64,000 bases of DNA, taken from positions 121,520,001 through 121,584,000 of the forward strand of contig OX597819.1 of the NCBI GenBank assembly GCA_951406725.2, read 5' to 3'. Source of the stretch: Octopus vulgaris (lineage: Eukaryota). The notes below the pieces were generated by a model. The model was not told the DNA's origin and did no database searches. It was given only the letters and a program-made list of their open reading frames with translations. This document shows, piece after piece, positions 1-14,971 of this stretch. Each line of letters starts with the position of its first letter. Positions within the stretch are counted from its first letter, which is position 1. The position numbers and the translations under genes were made by a program.

Positions 1-36
1 GCCCGCGGTGCTAACGATTCTGCCAGCTTGCCGCCT
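1..36 (-). mobile_element. 5' end of tRNA-derived SINE (family M), cut by window edge
   Basis: Reverse complement reads GGCGGCAAGCTGGCAGAATCGTTAGCACCGCGGGC, the same head as the copies at 635 and 58744-58974. Confidence 0.8.
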
Positions 37-380
37 TGGGGTCGGTTCATACGACAAAGAATTTTTCAAGGCTGGGCCCCAGAATGGCCGCAGTCTAAGA
101 AGTGAAACAAATAAAAGATACAAGATAAACAGATTTACGTGGTTTTCACAAGTGTTTCTGTTTCACTCATGTGTGTGTGTGTTAATTCGTTTCATATGTA
201 TGTGTGGTTGCGTTCCCATGTCTGGCCCCGGGAGGGCGATCCCTGGAGCATGTTACATGTTTTTCATACGTTCAGGATAGGAAACCCCCACATCGAAAAT
301 CTCAGAAACGTATTGCGAATTTTAACTGTAGCACTGGTTAAATGTATATGGCCGTACCTATATGCATATGTGTATGTGTA

Positions 381-412
<32 letters not shown>

Positions 413-634
413 GTGTAAATAACTCGTCACAGAAAATTTAATTAAAAATTCCTAATTATTGTTGCTTATTTGTTGTTGGTATACTTGTCTTGTTTCTGAA
501 ATTTTCTCAGTTTTTTTTTCTTTTTATTTACCATCTTAATCATGCTAACTGGAATTTATTTAAATTACATAATACATAATTAAATAAATAATTGAATACA
601 CAATCTTTATTTACTTATTATTATTATTATTGAA

Positions 635-856
635 GGCAGCGACCAGGCGGAATCATTAGCACGCCGAACCAAATGCCTAGCGGCGTTTCGTCCGTCCTTA
701 CGTTCTGAGTTCAAATTCCTCCGAGGTCGACTTTGCCTTTCATCCTTTCGGGGTCGATAAAATAAGTACCAGTTGAACACTGTGGTCAATGTAATCGACT
801 AGCCCCCCGTCCCCCTAAATTTTCATGGCCTTGTGCCTGCAGTAGAAAGGACTATT
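635..856 (+). mobile_element. tRNA-derived SINE, family M (Meta-domain-like body), near full length
   Basis: Head with B-box-like GAGTTCAAATTCC, body GCCTTTCATCCTTTCGGGGTCGATAAAATAAGTACCAG, tail running into (CTT)n/(ATT)n; repeated many times in the window. Confidence 0.85.
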
Positions 857-931
<75 letters not shown>

Positions 932-1047
932 TTCCTTCTTTTTTCAAACTTTCTTCCGTTTTTCGCCGAGTGTTTTCCGTACACCTCGAGCAGAGAAGCT
1001 CATTGTATGCATTCCCAGATTACACACGCAAACTCACAGAAAAGCAA

Positions 1048-1109
<62 letters not shown>

Positions 1110-1285
1110 CATTATTATTATTATCATTATTATTATTATTATCATTATTATTATTATTTGAGGGAAAAAAAATTAACTAAATTCATTTTAACTTAATTTC
1201 GAACTCGGATGTTTTCTCTTCAAATAATGCTCTTCCTGATGTGCTTGCTTCGCCAAAGAAGCCAAAACTTCTTCTTCTTCTTCTA

Positions 1286-1355
<70 letters not shown>

Positions 1356-1860
1356 GTATACTTTATTGGTAAAAATCTGAATTTAGGCGTTCGCCTTAAA
1401 ACATACAATAATACCCTTCTATCATTTTCTTTGCTGGTGTTGTTGCTGTTGTTCTTGTAACTGCTGTTGTTGTTGTTGTTGTTATTGTTGGAGTTGTTGT
1501 TGTTGTTGTCGTCGTTGTTGTTGTTGTTGGTTGTCATTTTATCTTAACAACCCACTCTTTCATTTTACACGCTTTTTATATAGACATAGTTGGAAAAAAA
1601 AAAGCGTGTGTGTGTGTTTTTTTTTTTATATTTTTCTCCCTTTCTTTCCGTTTTGATTTTTTTTTACATCCTTTTCTTTCTTTCTTATACTTCATTCCTT
1701 CTTCCTTCTTTCTTTCTTCTTCTTCTTCTTCTTCTTCTTCTTCTTCTTCTTCTTCTCCTTCTTCTTGTTCTTGTTCTTGTTCTTCCTCGTCTACTTCTTC
1801 TTCTTCGTCTATTTCTTCTTCTTCTTCTTCTTTGTCTACTTCTTCCTCTTCTTCTTTTCT
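857..1860. repeat. Compound trinucleotide microsatellite block (CTT, ATT, GTT) with short unique inserts
   Basis: Directly visible tandem repeats; source of the poly-L/I/N/S/R ORFs. Confidence 0.95.
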
Positions 1861-2074
1861 CTCGTTGAATCATATAAATGTTTCTGAGATAGGCCTCTTG
1901 TGCAAAAGACCTGCCCAATATCGACAAAAATTCTCTTGCCTGAAGACACACTGTTTTTGTTGGCTTCATAGTTAAAACATTCTACCATCTGTGATATCGC
2001 GATAACACCCAGCCTGATAATGGCTTATTGAGTCGAAGCCTATCTTTTTCTCCCCGAGTAACACCGTCTTCAAT

Positions 2075-2515
2075 ACTCTCTCTCTCTTTCTTTCCTTACC
2101 TTCTTCTCCCCTTTCCCTCTTCATCCTCTCTCTCTTTCTCTCTCTGCTTCTCTTTTTGCTTCCCTTGTTTTCCTTTTCTGACACATATATGAATGTATAT
2201 GTATGTATATATGTGTGTGTGTGTGTGTCCGTGTGTGTGTATGTCTGTGTGTCTATGTGCATATGTATGTATTTATGTATGTATGTATTTATATATATAT
2301 ATATATATGTATATACATACACACACACACATATATATAATACATATAATATATATATATGTATGTATATATATATATATATTTATGTGTAGACATATAT
2401 GTATATGTATATATATGTATATATATATATATGTATGTATATATATATATATGTATATATATCTGTATATATATATATATATATGTATATATATGTATAC
2501 ATATGTGTATATATA

Positions 2516-2548
<33 letters not shown>

Positions 2549-2689
2549 GCGTATATATGTGTGTCTACATACGTATATATATATTTGTATGTATGTGTAT
2601 ACTTTCTCTCTACTGTGTATCTGTGTATCTATCTATTAATCTTTCTATCTATGAACGGAGAGTGTATGACAGAGAAAGGGTGATAGAGA

Positions 2690-2720
<31 letters not shown>

Positions 2721-2970
2721 TGTGTGTGTATTAGAATGAATGAAAAGGGAGCTATACAAGGAGCAACTCACATTGTGTACGTGTGTGTGAGTGTGTGTGA
2801 TATAAATTGAGAGAGTGAGACAGATAGACACGAAGAAAATGAGAAATATAGGCACAGAGAGAGAAAGAATGATAGAAAGACAGAACGGTATATAGATAAA
2901 GAGAGAGAGACAGAGAGAGGTAGATAGAGACAGAGAGATAGATAGAGTAAGAGTAAGCGAGAGGTAGAAA
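2075..2970. repeat. (CT)n, (TA)n/(TG)n and (GA)n microsatellite block
   Basis: Directly visible. Confidence 0.95.
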
Positions 2971-2994
2971 AATATTTAGTGCAAATGTTACTAC

Positions 2995-3500
2995 TTCGAA
3001 AATCCTTGGGCGCGCAAGGTTTCCTAAAAGCGGCCAGCCAAATGTGATTTGTAATTATGGCCAGAACGCGTCGGCTGAGTCTTATCTCGGCAAAACACGT
3101 TCTCTCGCCATGTGAAAATCCGATAAGATCAGCTCGTATTTTTCATTTCTTCGTGGCCGTCCAGATAACAGCGACCACTATACTTTCGCTATGATAGATT
3201 CTGTTTGAATTAATCCATTAAGAATGATGGTAACAGCGATAGTATATATAGATAAGCGCCGAGATACGTCATCTCCTTATCACACCCCAGCCACCGTTTG
3301 TAATTAGAACTGCAAGAAGGCAATATGGACTATGTGATAACCATGCATGATTGGGGTCCCACCGAATGTGATCAATATATACGCCAGTATTCGAGACTCT
3401 TCTGTTTATGCACTGATAATCCGAGATAAATGACACGGTTTAGCCGGAAGTTGGGGACAGTGTGCCTCAGAAATTGATAAAAACTGAGATTTTGAAGGCA
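2995..3500. promoter_or_regulatory. Candidate enhancer: CpG-rich unique island with a dense GATA-site cluster
   Basis: Nine GATAA cores (3082 rc, 3122, 3164, 3251, 3277 rc, 3336, 3415, 3425, 3476), ETS-type CCGGAAGT at 3444, TAATCC at 3211 and 3417; no ORF, CpG not depleted. Confidence 0.55.
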
Positions 3501-3809
3501 AATGGATGTATTATTGTCTGCGAGCTATCTTGAAAAATCTCAAGACTTGACTATGCCTTTCTTTTTCTTATCTTAAAGACCCAAATGGGTTTCCCCTCAA
3601 TATATTTTTATATCACAAAACGTCCGCGTTATTAATATCCTTTTCGTTACTAAGAAGGAGTTTTGTATTAAGATTAACTAAAAAAAAAAAAAAAAAAAAA
3701 GAAAAGAAAAAAGAAAAAAGGAAAAAAAAAACAAAGGAAAGAAAACGAAAGAAAAAAAAATAGCGAAAGAAAAATTAATAAAACGGAAAATATAAACCTA
3801 TCGAACTGT

Positions 3810-6325
<2,516 letters not shown>

Positions 6326-6327
6326 GT

Positions 6328-6725
6328 GCAAGCGTGGCTGTTTGGTAAGAAGCTTGCTTACCAACCACATTATTCTTGGTTCAATTCTACTGCATGGCAC
6401 TATGGCAAAGTGTCTTCTACTATAGCCGCGGGCTGACCAAAGCCTTGTGAGTGGATTGGTAGACGGAAACTGAAAGAAGCCCGTCGTATATATGTAAATA
6501 TACATGTGTGTACATTTGTATGTTTGTGTCTGTGTTTGTCCCCCTACAACCGATCTTGGTGTCTTTACGTTCCCCGTAAATTAGCGGTTCGGCACAAGAG
6601 TCCGACAGGATAAGTACCAGGCTTACAATGAATAAGTCCAGGGGTGTCAATTTCTTCGACCAATCGGCGTTGCTCCAACATGGCCACAGTCGCAATGACT
6701 AAAACGAGTAAAAGAATGAAAGAAG
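6328..6725 (+). mobile_element. tRNA-derived SINE, family O (CORE-like body, internal TA/TG linker), full length
   Basis: Head GTGGCTGTTTGGTAAG...GGTTCAATTC, body GGCAAAGTGTCTTCTACTATAGCC, tail CATGGCCACAGTC...AGTAAAAGA; homologous to 9995-10390 and 19865-20268. Confidence 0.85.
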
Positions 6726-6924
6726 ATACATATAATGCCTCTCCCTCTCTTTCTTTCTCTCTCTCTTCCACGCTACACACACACACTCATCCTCGTCTGT
6801 ACATTTGAATGCGAACACAACTGCCATTTTCATAGAATTATTTCGTTACCTTTTTTCTTTTAAATATTTTTTCTCCCTAATTGAGTGTCAAATACTTGTC
6901 GACACCACTAGCACGAAATAGACC

Positions 6925-7287
6925 TCTCCACCTCCACCACCACCACCGTCGTCGTCATCATCATCATCATCACTGCAACCGTCGTCGTCGTCGTCATCAT
7001 CATCATCATCATCATCACCGCAATCGTCGTCGTCATCCTCATCCTCATCATCACTGGCATCATTAACGCAGTCCATCGCCAGCATCTTCATAAAATTGAC
7101 ACCACCACTTTTCACTGTCACAAGTGGCCACCACGTCTGTGAGATATCGTCACCACCACCATCACCACCATCATCATCACCATCACCGTCGTCGTCGTCA
7201 TCATCATCACCACCACCATCACTGTCATCATCATCATCATTATCATCATCATCACCGTCGTCATCATCATCACCACCACCATCACTG

Positions 7288-7338
<51 letters not shown>

Positions 7339-7520
7339 CCTTCATCATCATTCTCAACATCATTTATCATTTCCTCTATGACCATGGCTGCCATCTTTTC
7401 TTCGCGTACCCCACCGCCACCTACACCACCACCACCGCCATCATTACCGCAACCGTCGTAAACAACAACGTCATCTCCACCATCACCACTCTCATAACTA
7501 CCGCCAGCACAGCCGCCCTA
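6925..7520. repeat. (CAT)n/(CAC)n/(CGT)n trinucleotide block
   Basis: Directly visible; source of the poly-H/S/D/M ORFs. Confidence 0.9.
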
Positions 7521-7681
7521 CAATAATAAAATCACTTTTGTGTGTCACAAAATCACCTCCCTGATGGCACGGGGCTACCGACCGCCACCTCTTATTGCAC
7601 AACTCACCACATACTTATTTATACATAAATATATGTTGGAGTAATATAGGAATTGTGTGTCTGTAGCTCTATCTATCTATA

Positions 7682-7739
<58 letters not shown>

Positions 7740-7834
7740 CCTATTTATGTATGTATGTATCTGTTTATGTATGTATGCATCTATCTATCTATACATGTAT
7801 GCATATATATTTAATATTACGTTTATATTATATG

Positions 7835-7876
<42 letters not shown>

Positions 7877-7884
7877 TATGAATA

Positions 7885-8222
7885 TCACCATCATCATCAT
7901 CATTTAGCGTCCGCTTTCCATGCTAGCATGGGTTGGACGGTCCAACTGGGGCCTCTGAAGCCAGAAGGCTGCTTCAGGCCCAGTCTGATCTGGCAGTGTT
8001 TATACGGCTGGATGCCCTTCCTAACGCCAACCACTCCGTGAGTGTAGTGGGTGCTTTTTACGTGCCACCCGTACACGTGCCAGACGGAGCTGGCAAACGC
8101 CCACGGACGGATGGTGCTTTTTATGTGCCACCGGCACAGGGGCCAGGCGAGGCTGGCAACGGGTCACAATCGGATGGTGCTTTTTACGTGCCACCGGCAC
8201 GGGGGGTCAGGCGAGGCTGGCA
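7885..8222 (-). mobile_element. RTE-related non-autonomous retroelement (family R) with three ~60-bp 5' monomers and a (GAT)n tail
   Basis: Minus strand has TGGCGTTAGGAAGGGCATCCAGC and 3' CCAACCCATGCTAGCATGGAAAGCGGACGCTAAATGATGATG; GGTGCTTTTTAYGTGCCACC occurs three times. Confidence 0.8.
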
Positions 8223-8274
8223 ATACATATATAAATATGTAAACATCTGTCTCTCTAAATATATACTCTCTCTT

Positions 8275-8316
<42 letters not shown>

Positions 8317-9387
8317 TAAGTATGTATAAATGTGCATATATATATATATATATTATATTCATATATATATATAATATATCATAATGTATGTATGTACGTG
8401 TATATGACCAGAAATTTGAAGTTTGTAATTTTCTTTTAAGTGTCAGCTCCAAACTAACACACATACACAAACACATACACACACACACATTTATGCATGC
8501 ACCTATGCAAAGGAGGGAAGGAGAGATAGAGAGAGAGAGAGAGGGTGTGCGTGTGTGTAGACCATTTGTTTCCAATAGTTACAACACAGCAATATTTGCA
8601 GTGTAGTCTATGAAAAGTGCATGTCTTGTAACTTACTGCAGACTAGTCTGAGAACAAAAGCTGTTTAGTGCATAATTAATTAATTAATTTTGATAAACTG
8701 CCAACTTGGCATCATTTCTGCAAATCGAAGATGGAATCGATTGAATAAATTTCACTGTGTTTAGTGCCGGCATAATGTTCAGGCTGCGATGAGCATCAAA
8801 CCGGGTACGAAACCAGTGATGTGCATCTGTGATCTGGTTTTCCAAGCCACATATATGGACAGCATCGACCACGGTCATTAAATAGTGATGTTGATGACAA
8901 TGAGGAAGATGATGATGATAATAATGATGATGGTGGTGGTGGTGGTGGTGGTGGTGGTGGTGATGATGAGGATGATGCACCATGGCCTGAGTCCAATGAC
9001 TAAAGCAAGTTAAAGAAAATAAGATATAGCATTTTTTGTTTTCCCCTCAGCCTTTCCACTGTGGTCTATTTTAACATGTGTTTTATCTTAAGAGATACAG
9101 TATTTTCATGGCTGGATAATTCCTCATTCTACCACTGGGCAACCGTTCTTCCAATGGTTCAGCTAAAATGGTTGTTACAAAACTTCAACTGTACTTGATG
9201 AGGATATCACAGGATCTCTGGCACATTTTGTGATATCAACACAAAGTTTGAAGTGGCTACATCTAATATCTAATCTAAAAGTTTTTCAAAAAAAAGAAAA
9301 AACTGTTCAAACCATGGCTAACATGACCCCCACCCACCCCACTCACAATCCTTAGTGGGTTATTGGCATAGCAAGTACCCTCTAAAT

Positions 9388-9940
9388 AAGTAGTTCTCAA
9401 CGATTTTTTGCCAACAAATCCCTTTGATTGACAACACTTTTCTTTTCCTTATCGGTTTCCCCTCAATATATTTTTATATCACAAAATCATCATCATCATC
9501 GAGCTTTGTATTAATATTAACTAAGACCCCTTTGAGTACTATTTTACTCAACCAGACCCCACCCACTTACCCATTCGATGTTTTAAAAGACCCTATTATG
9601 CTTTTGGTGGCGTTGTATAAGTGCCTGTGTGGTAAAAGCACCATGTAAAAGTACCCAGCATTAGAAAGGACATCCAGCTGTAGAAACCATGCCAAATCAG
9701 TCTGGGGTCAGGTGCAGTTGTTCCCCAGCATGCCAGCTCTGGTAAAACCATCCAACCCATGCCAGCATGGACTGTGGATGTTAAATGATAATGATGGAAT
9801 ATTATTAGGGATGGTATAAAAAATTGTTAAAATGTTTTATGCATTGTAGAAGTACAACCAATTTATTGCAAGTAAACTTTAGCAACAAAATCTTACATTA
9901 GACCCCCAAGAGTTCGGTGGACCTTGTTTGGGAACCAGTG
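9388..9940. mobile_element. hAT-type MITE with a nested family R element (about 9610-9795, + strand)
   Basis: Degenerate TIRs AAGTAGTTCTCAAC / GTTTGGGAACCAGTG, 8-bp flanks CTCTAAAT and ATTTAAAT (6/8); a 33-bp internal segment recurs at about 3588-3620. Confidence 0.6.
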
Positions 9941-9994
9941 ATTTAAATAATGGAGCAAATTTAATCGTACAATCAATTATATCGGAGATGTCAT

Positions 9995-10390
9995 GCATGG
10001 AGTGGCTGTGTGGTAAATTGCTTACTTACGAACCACATGGTTCCGGGTTCAGTCCCACAGCGTAGCACCTTGGACAAGTGTCTTCTACTATAACCTAGGG
10101 CCGACCAAAGCCATGTGAGTGGAATTGGTAGACGGAAACTGAAAAAAGCCCATTGTATATATGTGTATATATATATGTATGTATGTGTGTATATGTTTGT
10201 GTGTCTGTGTTTGTCCCCCCCAACATTGCTTGACAACCAATCCTGGTGTGTTTACGTCCCCGTAACTTAGCAGTGCAATGGAATAAGTACTAGACTTACA
10301 AAGAATACGTCCTAGGGGGGTCGATTTGCTCGATTAAAGGTGGTGCTCCAGCATGACCACAGTCAAATGACTGAAACCAGTAAAGAGAGT
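9995..10390 (+). mobile_element. SINE family O, full length
   Basis: GGAGTGGCTGTGTGGTAA...GGGTTCAGTCCCAC...CACCTTGGACAAGTGTCTTC...AGTCAAATGACTGAAAC. Confidence 0.9.
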
Positions 10391-12261
10391 ATACAACCAG
10401 CATCTATATTTCATTCAATCTCTTGCTAAACTTTATAAAAGAAAAAATGTTTTTAATTTCAAAATATTCTTTAAAATATATACACTCTTAAAAATACTGA
10501 AAAAAACGGTATGGTATCTTATGCCTCATAAAACAAATACATGTTTCGGCAAATAACAGTCAGGATGACATAATAGTTGTGATATTATATAATCATGTTT
10601 AGTCACTTCATCAGTGCTAGGCTGTGTGTGTGTGTGCACATGCACATGCTTGCATGAGTGTGTGTGTGTGTGTGTATGAGTATCACTAGCTTGCATTGAG
10701 AGTTGGACCCTGACTTGAGTTCAGTTGTGCATCCACTGTATGTTATCTATAGACTTAGCCTCTCATATCGAGCTCAAATATTTTAGCAACTAACTTGAGC
10801 CATTTCATTCTGTCTGTTCTGTTTGTCTCTCTCTCTCTCTCTGTATCACTCTGTTAGCCAGTCTCTCCCTACCCACCTCTCAGACTCTCCCTACCTACCG
10901 CTCTCTCTTCTTGTTTGCTAGAAGATACCCATCTCACCATCAACTAATGGCTTCCTATAAACACATGATATCAATTGGCATATTCAGTTTAGACCACTCG
11001 ATTGTCAATGTCACTCATACAAAGTCTATCTTGATGTCTCACTTAGATAACATACACAATATTGTTTTGAAAAAATATTTCACACGACGACATAAAAGAT
11101 TGATGAATTGTATTTATTTCTTTTTAACGATCTTTCAGTTGATCATTTTGTTTAAACCCAGGTCAGGCCTAATTAAATGAACACATGATCAAAGGGATTG
11201 AAGCTACAATATTCAATTTGTTTTCTTTATTGTTTTCCCAAAGAGTACTGTACTCCGGGCCTCATTTATTCGATGTATCTGTCCTTTGTTTTTTTTATCA
11301 TTTAAAAAAAAAAAAAGAAAAAATTTTTTTAAAGTACCATACAAGCAGCGCTCTACATTACTGATCACCCCCAAAAACATTCTGGTCAAGGGTAAATATT
11401 AGCCTGCTTGGAAACAAGTGTGTGTCTCTGTGTGTGTGTATGTGTGTGTGTGTTTGTGTGTGTGTGTTTGCATGTATGCTATAAAGTAATATATGTCTAA
11501 GATAATGTGAAAAGCAAAACAGACCCTGTAGCATGATGAAAAGACATTTGTTTTATTAACTAAATCTGCTTAATGAACTGAAGTCAGTAGCTTTCTGTAA
11601 TTGGACCATTGATCTTAGTCATTATTCACTGTGACTTAAGACATTCACTTCATTAGTCATAGTTATGCTCACACCTTACTTAGTCAGAGTACCTACCTGT
11701 TAATTTTAAGTAGTAATGACTCCTAACTAATTTTCTTACCACCTGTGTAATAAACTCATTAGATGTCATCCTGGGACCTGAGACAGCACTGTTCTATAAT
11801 ACAAACTTCTTCTTTTAAAATAATGACGGAAATTTATCTATTCATTGTTACTCCTCTCAGACTTGGGCCCCTTCTCTCTAACTTTGCTTTCCACCTGGGC
11901 ACCAGTACCAAAAAATTAATAGTTGCATATACAGCTCAAGAGTAAGGAATGCAGGCAAAATAATGGACAGAATGATGTAAAAGAAAATTCTAGTGAATAG
12001 CAATAATTGGCTGATTTCTAAACTACCATATTTGTTCACTCACATTGCTATTTTCTTTGTCGTTTTCACCAGTTTGATTGCTCGAATCACTCTTAATGTC
12101 TGTATAAGGGCAAAATATATATATATCATCAATAATTTCCTCAGCTATAAAGAGTCTAGGCTAGGGGTGGGGAAACCCCCGCCCGCAGGTGCAATTGTGC
12201 CTGCAAGCATATTTTATTGCGCCCACAGGCCGACATACTTGTATGAGCAAAATATAATAAG

Positions 12262-12478
12262 ATTCGAGCGAGGTCATTGCCAGTACCGCCTGACTGGTCC
12301 CCATGCCGGTGGCACGTAAAAAGCACCCACTACACTCTCGGAGTGGTTGGCATTAGGAAGGGCATCTAGCTGTAGAAACTCTGCCAAATCAAGATTAGAG
12401 CCTGGTGCAGCCATCTGGTTTGCCAGCCCTCAGTCAAAATCGTCCAACCCATGCTAGCATGGAAAGCGGATGTTAAAC

Positions 12479-12507
<29 letters not shown>
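12262..12507 (+). mobile_element. Family R RTE-related element with (GAT)n tail
   Basis: GGCACGTAAAAAGCACCCACTACACTCTCGGAGTGGTTGGCATTAGGAAGGGCATC...GGAAAGCGGATGTTAAACGATGATG. Confidence 0.85.
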
Positions 12508-12510
<3 letters not shown>

Positions 12511-12794
12511 ACAATTATAAAATTTATACAATATTCATATGCCTGTTTGTGACATAGGTCATGTTTCCAATACGACTTCAAACAGTTAGAGTTGAACAGA
12601 AATCATCTGGTAATTTCCATTTCAATGCAAATTTTGTTTTCACTATAAAACACATATCACTAGGTTTGTACCACCCACCTTGAGACCCAACTACACTCTA
12701 GTTGAGAAATATACAATACCACATAGGTAGTATAAACGTCCTAAATTCAGTGGTGGCATTAATGAAGATGTTATGCGTTAATTTAATGGATTTC

Positions 12795-12821
12795 ATCGAC
12801 GGAAACAGAAAGATGCTTGTC

Positions 12822-12869
<48 letters not shown>

Positions 12870-13020
12870 TTGGCAGTTCAGCAAACATACACACCGATAG
12901 AATAAGTACTAGGCTTACAAAAAATAAGTCTTGGGATCAATTTGTTCGGCAAAAGGCAGTGCTCCAGCATGGCTGCAGTCCAAATAACTGAAACAAATAA
13001 AAAGAATAAAAAAAAAAGAA
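12795..13020 (+). mobile_element. SINE family O, 3' part
   Basis: GACGGAAACAGAAAG...GATAGAATAAGTACTAGGCTTAC...CCAGCATGGCTGCAGTC. Confidence 0.75.
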
Positions 13021-13523
13021 TATAAACTGATTCAATAAACCTTTTGATTTGAAAGAATCTTATGATCTTCTTTCTTTCAAATCCAAGGGTTAACGTCAGC
13101 ATAAATGAATATATTTTGGGGTAACTGGTGAAAACAGTTTCCCCGACTCCTGCTTTAGAATAATATCTAAAACCATGTGATCAGTAAATAATATAAATAT
13201 AATCTTAGGATGAATCCACTTTGTGCTTGTTCTGTTCACTGCTGGCTTCTTGATGAATGTGTGTGTTTGTTTGTAAATCTATTTGAAATAAATAATTTCA
13301 CTGCTCAGTGGTATAAACATTGGTGATAACCAGTGCATTGTGAGAAAACCAAGCATTGTGGGTGGTCATTGGGTGCATTTTTGCAGTCCAAACAGAATCT
13401 TTGATTGCCAACCTATTTTGTTATCACAAATCAATTTATGACAAATGTCATAAAAAAATGTGTCAAAATTTTGAGGCATTTATTTATTTATTTATTTATT
13501 CATTTATTTATTTATTATTATTA

Positions 13524-13572
<49 letters not shown>

Positions 13573-13610
13573 CATTATTATCATTATTCGATGAGAACTC
13601 TCAGCTTATT

Positions 13611-13720
13611 TTGCTTTGCGGGGTCAATTAAATAAGTACCAGTTACACACTGGGGTTGATGTAATCAACTAGTGCCCTCCCACAAAATTTCAGGGCTTGT
13701 GCCTTTAGCAGAAAAGATTA
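13611..13720 (+). mobile_element. SINE family M, 3' part
   Basis: GGGGTCAATTAAATAAGTACCAGTT...GGCTTGTGCCTTTAGCAGAAAAG followed by (ATT)n. Confidence 0.75.
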
Positions 13721-14089
13721 TTATTATTATTATTATTGTTATTACAATTATTATTATTATAAAATTATTAATAGTGAAAGAAGCAATATTAATGCCAGAA
13801 GGTAATGTTTATCTCCACTCAAATGTCGATGTTGTATTAGGACACAAAAATACTGTGATAGTTACTATGATAGAACTTCTCATATTCGCTTTCGATGCTT
13901 ATAAGCACTCTTGTTTATATCACTAGCAGGGAGGTATATCACCTGCTACCATCACCACCTACTATATTTTTATTGTTGTGGCTTGGTTTTATATGAGCTG
14001 TTCCTGCCTAGTTCAAACCTCATCCAGAGAGACCTCAAGGAACAGCAAGCTGGTCGTCTTTACATTGGGTGTTATTTGTTATTATCATC

Positions 14090-14630
14090 TTCATCAATGT
14101 CGTTTAACGTCTGCTTTCTATGCTGGCATGGGTTGGATGGTTTGACGGAGAACTGGCAAACCAAGAGGCTGTGCCAGGCTCTAATCTGTTCTGGCAACAT
14201 TTCTACAGCTGGACGCCCTTCTTTACATTAACCACTCTGAGTGGATGCTTTGTACATGCTACTGGCATGGGGGCCAGTCAGGCAGTACTGGGAATGACCA
14301 TGCTCAAATGGTGCTTTTTACATGCCACCAGCATGGGGGCCAGTCAGATGGAACTGGGAATGACCACGCTCGAATGGTGCTTTTTACAGGCCATCGGCAC
14401 TGGAGCCAGTCAGGCGGCACTGGCAATGACCATGTTTGAATGGTGCTTTTCACATGCCACATGGCATGGGAGCCAGTCCGGCAGCACTGGCATCGACCAC
14501 TCTCGGACACTGCTTTTTACATGCCACCAGCATGGGAGCCAGTCAGGCAGCAGTAACATCAATGACACTCGGATGGTGCTTTTTACGTGCCACCAGCATG
14601 TGAGACACACAGGTGTCGCTGGCATCGATC
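14090..14630 (-). mobile_element. Family R element with six ~66-bp tandem 5' monomers
   Basis: Family R tail at 14095-14140, then a repeated unit of consensus GGTGCTTTTTACATGCCACCAGCATGGGAGCCAGTCAGGCAGCACTGGCAATGACCACGCTCGAAT. Confidence 0.8.
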
Positions 14631-14937
14631 GGCCAGTGAGTAACAATGATTACCAAGAAGGGAGAGTTAAGATTCTGATACTGAGAATTAAGATTCCATT
14701 AAAAAGTTTTCTTGAAAAATATTTGTGATTTTGAAAAGATTTTAAAAGATTTCAAATATTCTCAGATAATTACTATTATCACATTACTACTACTACTACT
14801 ACAACAACAACAACTACTACTACTACTACTACTACTACTACCACTACTACCACCACCACCACCACTACCACCACCACCACTATTACTATTATTATTATTA
14901 TTATTATTATCATTATAATTATTATTATTATTATTAT

Positions 14938-14971
<34 letters not shown>

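Noticed and set aside
1232-1270. CTGATGT...GCTTC-GCCAAA-GAAGC-CAAAAC
   Set aside because: Both core halves are mutated and there is no stem I; unsupported
10534-10618. Minus-strand CTGATGA ... GAAA-CATG-TA
   Set aside because: Both core halves are present but stems I and II do not pair convincingly
14120-14728. 202-aa ORF with 22-aa repeats
   Set aside because: Lies antisense within a family R element monomer array
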